From the NCBI RefSeq assembly GCF_036588685.1, contig NC_086383.1, positions 70,990,001 through 71,054,000 on the forward strand: DNA of 64,000 nucleotides, read 5' to 3'. Below the pieces are notes generated by a model. It searched no databases, was not told where the DNA came from, and saw only the letters and a list, made by a program, of their open reading frames with translations. Made by a program: the position numbers and the translations under genes. The stretch comes from Mytilus trossulus (taxonomy: Eukaryota). Position 1 is the first letter of the stretch; each line of letters opens with the position of its first letter. This document shows positions 58,555-64,000 of this stretch, piece after piece.

Positions 58555-61499
58555 TTTGAATGATTCAAAATATTATCCTTTACGAAGTTTATACTACGAA
58601 TAACGATTTGAAAATAACGCCATTCCAGGCCTCGTTTATTTATAACAGACGAACGCGGACCTCGACGAAGACACCCTTAAAAATAACTTGTAAAATCCAT
58701 TACGCGATCTCGGTAAAATGATTATGTGCTTCTTCGAAGACTTTTATGATAATTTATAGTATAATTCTATCAAAAACATTCACATATAGCATACCAAATT
58801 GCTCAACAGTCATTAATCTTGCATGTTAGATAAACTGTGTATTTTTCGATGTACACAGTAAAAAGATATTAATAGTTAAAGTAGAACCGACTGAATTGTC
58901 TTCGCAGGTATGTTGACAGAAAATTTACGAGTTTTTCTCATTACACAAATATTCTATCGTCGTAAAATTGTACAGCGGAAGAAAAATCATTTCTCTCTAG
59001 GTTTCTTTCCGTTTTTATTCACTGGAAGCATGTTCCTCCTCGTAATAAGTTTGTTTCCAGCTAGAGGGAAACACACAAAAAGTTCACGCGCCATTGTTTA
59101 ATTGCAGATTTTTACTAAAACTTCAAATAACATTTTTATTCAACCCGAGCGAAATTTCGCAAACATTCAAGATTCGAATGAACAAACCCAATATCTAGAA
59201 TACGAATTTGAAACATCTTTTTATTTAATTTAGCGTTGGGAACTTTTCAGAGAGCGACTTTGTTTTCAGTGGATCTCAGGCACTGAACAACTGTTCTGTA
59301 TGATGCGTATTCGCTTTTATTTCCATTTTCATGTACAATTTGCGCTCTTTCAAGTCAAAAACTCGAATATGTCTTATAGAATATACCATATTTTTCAACA
59401 AAATATATTTAATTAATTTTATTATCAATAACCGATGATTAGAGCTCAAAGTGGCCTGGCCGCCTGAAAGTTTCGATACAAACAAAAACAAAACACGAAG
59501 ATTTTTGTAGTTTTATAATTCGAAAGTGGTACATATCATTTGTATCTTAATTGACAATTACAAAAGTTCATTTATTTCCCCTAAAAAAGGGGAATGTGTG
59601 TCACAGTGAAGACTCTAGCTATACATATGCATTATACCTATATAAGCTATGCAAGTGAACCCAGAACCGGTAACGGGTGAAGCAGCATCCCGTGACACGG
59701 ACGATTAAAAAGAGACGGAAGGACAAAAACACATCAGTGTGAACCATTGGACTTTGGGCAAAACATTTTCCCACTGTATTGAACTAAACCGCCAGCCCCT
59801 CCCCCTTTTTCCAAAAAAAACAAAATCCGGAGAAAAAAGGGGGGATATATAATAGGGTTCTCTTTTGAAGACATATTAGCATAGCGTTTAATGGATGTTA
59901 GTACAAGATGTAATATGCTGTGTGTGTGGTTTTCTTCTTCATTAAGGCCAAATAAAAAAGAATATGTGTGCTTCCTACTCCCTATCTACCTTATATTTTA
60001 AGCTTAGTCATAGCATACCTTAAAGATTTTTTTTTTTTTTATCATTTTCCAATAAGCACAGATTTTTCAGTCTCCCATGTACGTATATACTAGTAGGCTA
60101 TGTTTGTGTGTGTCGTTAAGGTGCTGTCATTTCAATATGAAAATAAAGAAGGAGATGTGGTATGATTGCCAATGAGACAACTATCCACCATAGTTCAAAT
60201 GAAGTGGATGTAAGCAATTATAGACAACTGTATAGATGATCTTCAAAAATGAGAGAAAAAAACCTATACCGTGAACCTACAATTCACGCGATACCTGTTA
60301 TCAGAGAAATAACTTTTTCTTACTTTTGTACCACTGTCCGTCCATCCATCCTTGTGTTTGTTCATCACAGTAGTCACATGTGACGTCACTGTATTGTTTC
60401 GGGTTTATTCACCTCGCGTGCTGTCGACAGATTAAAACGACATAGCAAAGATACAGTCAAGTCGTCACACACTAAATAACAGAGAGAAAAAAGAAGAGAA
60501 AAATCACAGGACAACCATTTGAAAGAAACATAGAAACAAGTAGGTGCATTTATTTTATACACGAGTAAAACAAAGGTGAAATTCTAAAGGTAGAGAATAG
60601 TGAAATTTGCATAATAAATCGCAGGTAATAAAATGACAAAATAATTGCAGAACTGTTAAATGTTGAACAAAAACCTCCGTACTTTAGAGTTTCCTTCTAA
60701 ATTTTAATACACAATATTATTGTAGTAATTTTGACAAATAATAAATAAAAAAATAAATATATATAACAGACAAACGTCACTGCATTCATTTGCTACTAAT
60801 CTGATTTTGACGATACGTTATACATCTTTTGTATTGTGTACATTTTAACAGTTTATTTATATAGTACTGAAAAAAAGTACTGAGTTTAATTTCAGAGTTA
60901 CCTCCCCATTGGCTAGTTGATATGAAATAGTGAGCCAACCTTTGACTTTGCATACGTGTAGAAAAAGTCCAACTAAAAATGTCAGTCAAGTTGAACACGA
61001 AGAAGAAGAGAGAAATGGAAAAACTCATATAATGACAAAAATGATTTTTCGGTTGAAGGTTAGCTGTGTGATTTTGACCCCCTTCCCCCTTAAAAAAGAG
61101 CACAATAAAACCCTAGCATGACTTCCTATATTCGTAGATTGTCATTCTAACGAAAACTGATTAGAAAAAGTTTTATTCAGTTCTAACAAGTGCGTGAAAA
61201 TACACTGATATAACTTTAATGGTGCCTAACTACACAAAAAATATCCAAAAAAAACAGCTGCATACTTAGGTGTTAGAAATAGTATAGTCATAAGGAGTGA
61301 AATAAAACAAACAATGGAAATAATTTGACCAAAAAAATATTTCAGAGACCAGTGCAAAGTTCAGAGAAAGTAGGGCTCAGCTAGATTTAGTTTGATAACT
61401 AATGTACAACAATTGTAGATTCTTTTTGAATAAATTGGGTAGCCCTTAAAAGGGCTTTTGGTGGCTGAATAGCCTCTGCAGACTGAAGTCTGGAACAGT

Positions 61500-62075
61500 T
61501 TACTTCTTCTTTGGTGTCTTCTTGGCTTTTGGTTTGGCTGCCTTCTTTTTGGCTGGTGACTTGGCTGCTGGCTTCTTTGGCTTGGCTGCTTTCTTTGCTG
61601 CTGGTTTTTTTGCTTTTGGTTTGGCCGCCTTTTTCTCTCCAGCTGGTTTCTTTGCTGCTGGCTTCTTTTTCTTGGGTGTGGTCTTTGCCTTCTTAGGCTT
61701 GGCGGCCTTAGGTTTGGCTGCTTTTTTTGCCTTTGCTGGCTTCTTTTTAACCACTTTAGCCTCTCCAATTCTGAAAGAGCCGGATGCTCCAGTTCCCTTG
61801 GACTGCTTCAAACTGTTGTTCTTAACTCCGGCTCTGAGTGCAAGTTTTAAATGAGCATTTACTGACTTGGCATCTTTTCCGACGTTGAAGTTGGCCATGA
61901 TGTACTTCAGAATTGCTTGCCTTGAGGAACCTCCACGTTCTTTCAAAGCGGCGATGGCTTTTCCAATCATCTCGCTGTATTTAGGATGTGCGGAAGGCTT
62001 CTTTGGCTTGGCTGCTGCCTTTTTCTTTGGTGATTTAGCTGGTGCTACTGCTGGTGCTGCTGTTGCGTCTGCCAT
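61500..62075 (-). CDS. H1: Histone H1
   Basis: Identical 191-aa protein. Confidence 0.98.
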   Translation of the reverse strand: MADATAAPAVAPAKSPKKKAAAKPKKPSAHPKYSEMIGKAIAALKERGGSSRQAILKYIMANFNVGKDAKSVNAHLKLALRAGVKNNSLKQSKGTGASGSFRIGEAKVVKKKPAKAKKAAKPKAAKPKKAKTTPKKKKPAAKKPAGEKKAAKPKAKKPAAKKAAKPKKPAAKSPAKKKAAKPKAKKTPKKK

Positions 62076-64000
62076 TTTGAATGATTCAAAATATTATCCT
62101 TTACGAAGTTTATACTACGAATAACGATTTGAAAATAACGCCATTCCAGGCCTCGTTTATTTATAACAGACGAACGCGGACCTCGACGAAGACACCCTTA
62201 AAAATAACTTGTAAAATCCATTACGCGATCTCGGTAAAATGATTATGTGCTTCTTCGAAGACTTTTATGATAATTTATAGTATAATTCTATCAAAAACAT
62301 TCACATATAGCATACCAAATTGCTCAACAGTCATTAATCTTGCATGTTAGATAAACTGTGTATTTTTCGATGTACACAGTAAAAAGATATTAATAGTTAA
62401 AGTAGAACCGACTGAATTGTCTTCGCAGGTATGTTGACAGAAAATTTACGAGTTTTTCTCATTACACAAATATTCTATCGTCGTAAAATTGTACAGCGGA
62501 AGAAAAATCATTTCTCTCTAGGTTTCTTTCCGTTTTTATTCACTGGAAGCATGTTCCTCCTCGTAATAAGTTTGTTTCCAGCTAGAGGGAAACACACAAA
62601 AAGTTCACGCGCCATTGTTTAATTGCAGATTTTTACTAAAACTTCAAATAACATTTTTATTCAACCCGAGCGAAATTTCGCAAACATTCAAGATTCGAAT
62701 GAACAAACCCAATATCTAGAATACGAATTTGAAACATCTTTTTATTTAATTTAGCGTTGGGAACTTTTCAGAGAGCGACTTTGTTTTCAGTGGATCTCAG
62801 GCACTGAACAACTGTTCTGTATGATGCGTATTCGCTTTTATTTCCATTTTCATGTACAATTTGCGCTCTTTCAAGTCAAAAACTCGAATATGTCTTATAG
62901 AATATACCATATTTTTCAACAAAATATATTTAATTAATTTTATTATCAATAACCGATGATCAGAGCTCAAAGTGGCCTGGCCGCCTGAAAGTTTCGATAC
63001 AAACAAAAACAAAACACGAAGATTTTTGTAGTTTTATAATTCGAAAGTGGTACATATCATTTGTATCTTAATTGACAATTACAAAAGTTCATTTATTTCC
63101 CCTAAAAAAGGGGAATGTGTGTCACAGTGAAGACTCTAGCTATACATATGCATTATACCTATATAAGCTATGCAAGTGAACCCAGAACCGGTAACGGGTG
63201 AAGCAGCATCCCGTGACACGGACGATTAAAAAGAGACGGAAGGACAAAAACACATCAGTGTGAACCATTGGACTTTGGGCAAAACATTTTCCCACTGTAT
63301 TGAACTAAACCGCCAGCCCCTCCCCCTTTTTCCAAAAAAAACAAAATCCGGAGAAAAAAGGGGGGATATATAATAGGGTTCTCTTTTGAAGACATATTAG
63401 CATAGCGTTTAATGGATGTTAGTACAAGATGTAATATGCTGTGTGTGTGGTTTTCTTCTTCATTAAGGCCAAATAAAAAAGAATATGTGTGCTTCCTACT
63501 CCCTATCTACCTTATATTTTAAGCTTAGTCATAGCATACCTTAAAGATTTTTTTTTTTTTTATCATTTTCCAATAAGCACAGATTTTTCAGTCTCCCATG
63601 TACGTATATACTAGTAGGCTATGTTTGTGTGTGTCGTTAAGGTGCTGTCATTTCAATATGAAAATAAAGAAGGAGATGTGGTATGATTGCCAATGAGACA
63701 ACTATCCACCATAGTTCAAATGAAGTGGATGTAAGCAATTATAGACAACTGTATAGATGATCTTCAAAAATGAGAGAAAAAAACCTATACCGTGAACCTA
63801 CAATTCACGCGATACCTGTTATCAGAGAAATAACTTTTTCTTACTTTTGTACCACTGTCCGTCCATCCATCCTTGTGTTTGTTCATCACAGTAGTCACAT
63901 GTGACGTCACTGTATTGTTTCGGGTTTATTCACCTCGCGTGCTGTCGACAGATTAAAACGACATAGCAAAGATACAGTCAAGTCGTCACACACTAAATAA

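Larger units (their letters stand above)
10246..64000 (-). repeat. Tandem array of ~3521-bp H1-only gene units, running off the right edge
   Basis: H1 ORFs recur at 3526, 3521 and 3499 bp, then at exact 3521-bp intervals. Spacers are near-identical. A diverged partial spacer begins at ~10246. Confidence 0.98.

Overview
AT-rich animal genomic DNA. The H1 sequence, its promoter and the repeat families point to a bivalve, most likely a Mytilus mussel (inference). About 54 kb (10246-64000) is a tandem array of a ~3521-bp unit. Each unit carries one minus-strand, H1.0/H5-like 'orphon' linker histone H1 gene and no core histone genes. There are 14 assembled H1 copies with identical protein and two 100-N gaps. 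The left edge of the array is a diverged, non-homogenised unit broken by a nested stack of elements: LINE > TIR DNA transposon > Helentron-type HINE. The first 10 kb is transposon-rich. It holds an intact single-ORF CR1-group LINE (2A-like StopGo peptide, PHD, APE endonuclease, RT) and a decayed relative whose 3' stem-loop covaries with it. It also holds HINE/MITE elements, a 30-bp minisatellite and a minimal Penelope-type hammerhead ribozyme motif (3217-3261, minus strand) that the ORF track does not show. Most components belong to known classes. The least annotated signals are the hammerhead, the 2A peptide, the covarying LINE 3' structure and the triple-hairpin H1 3' UTR.
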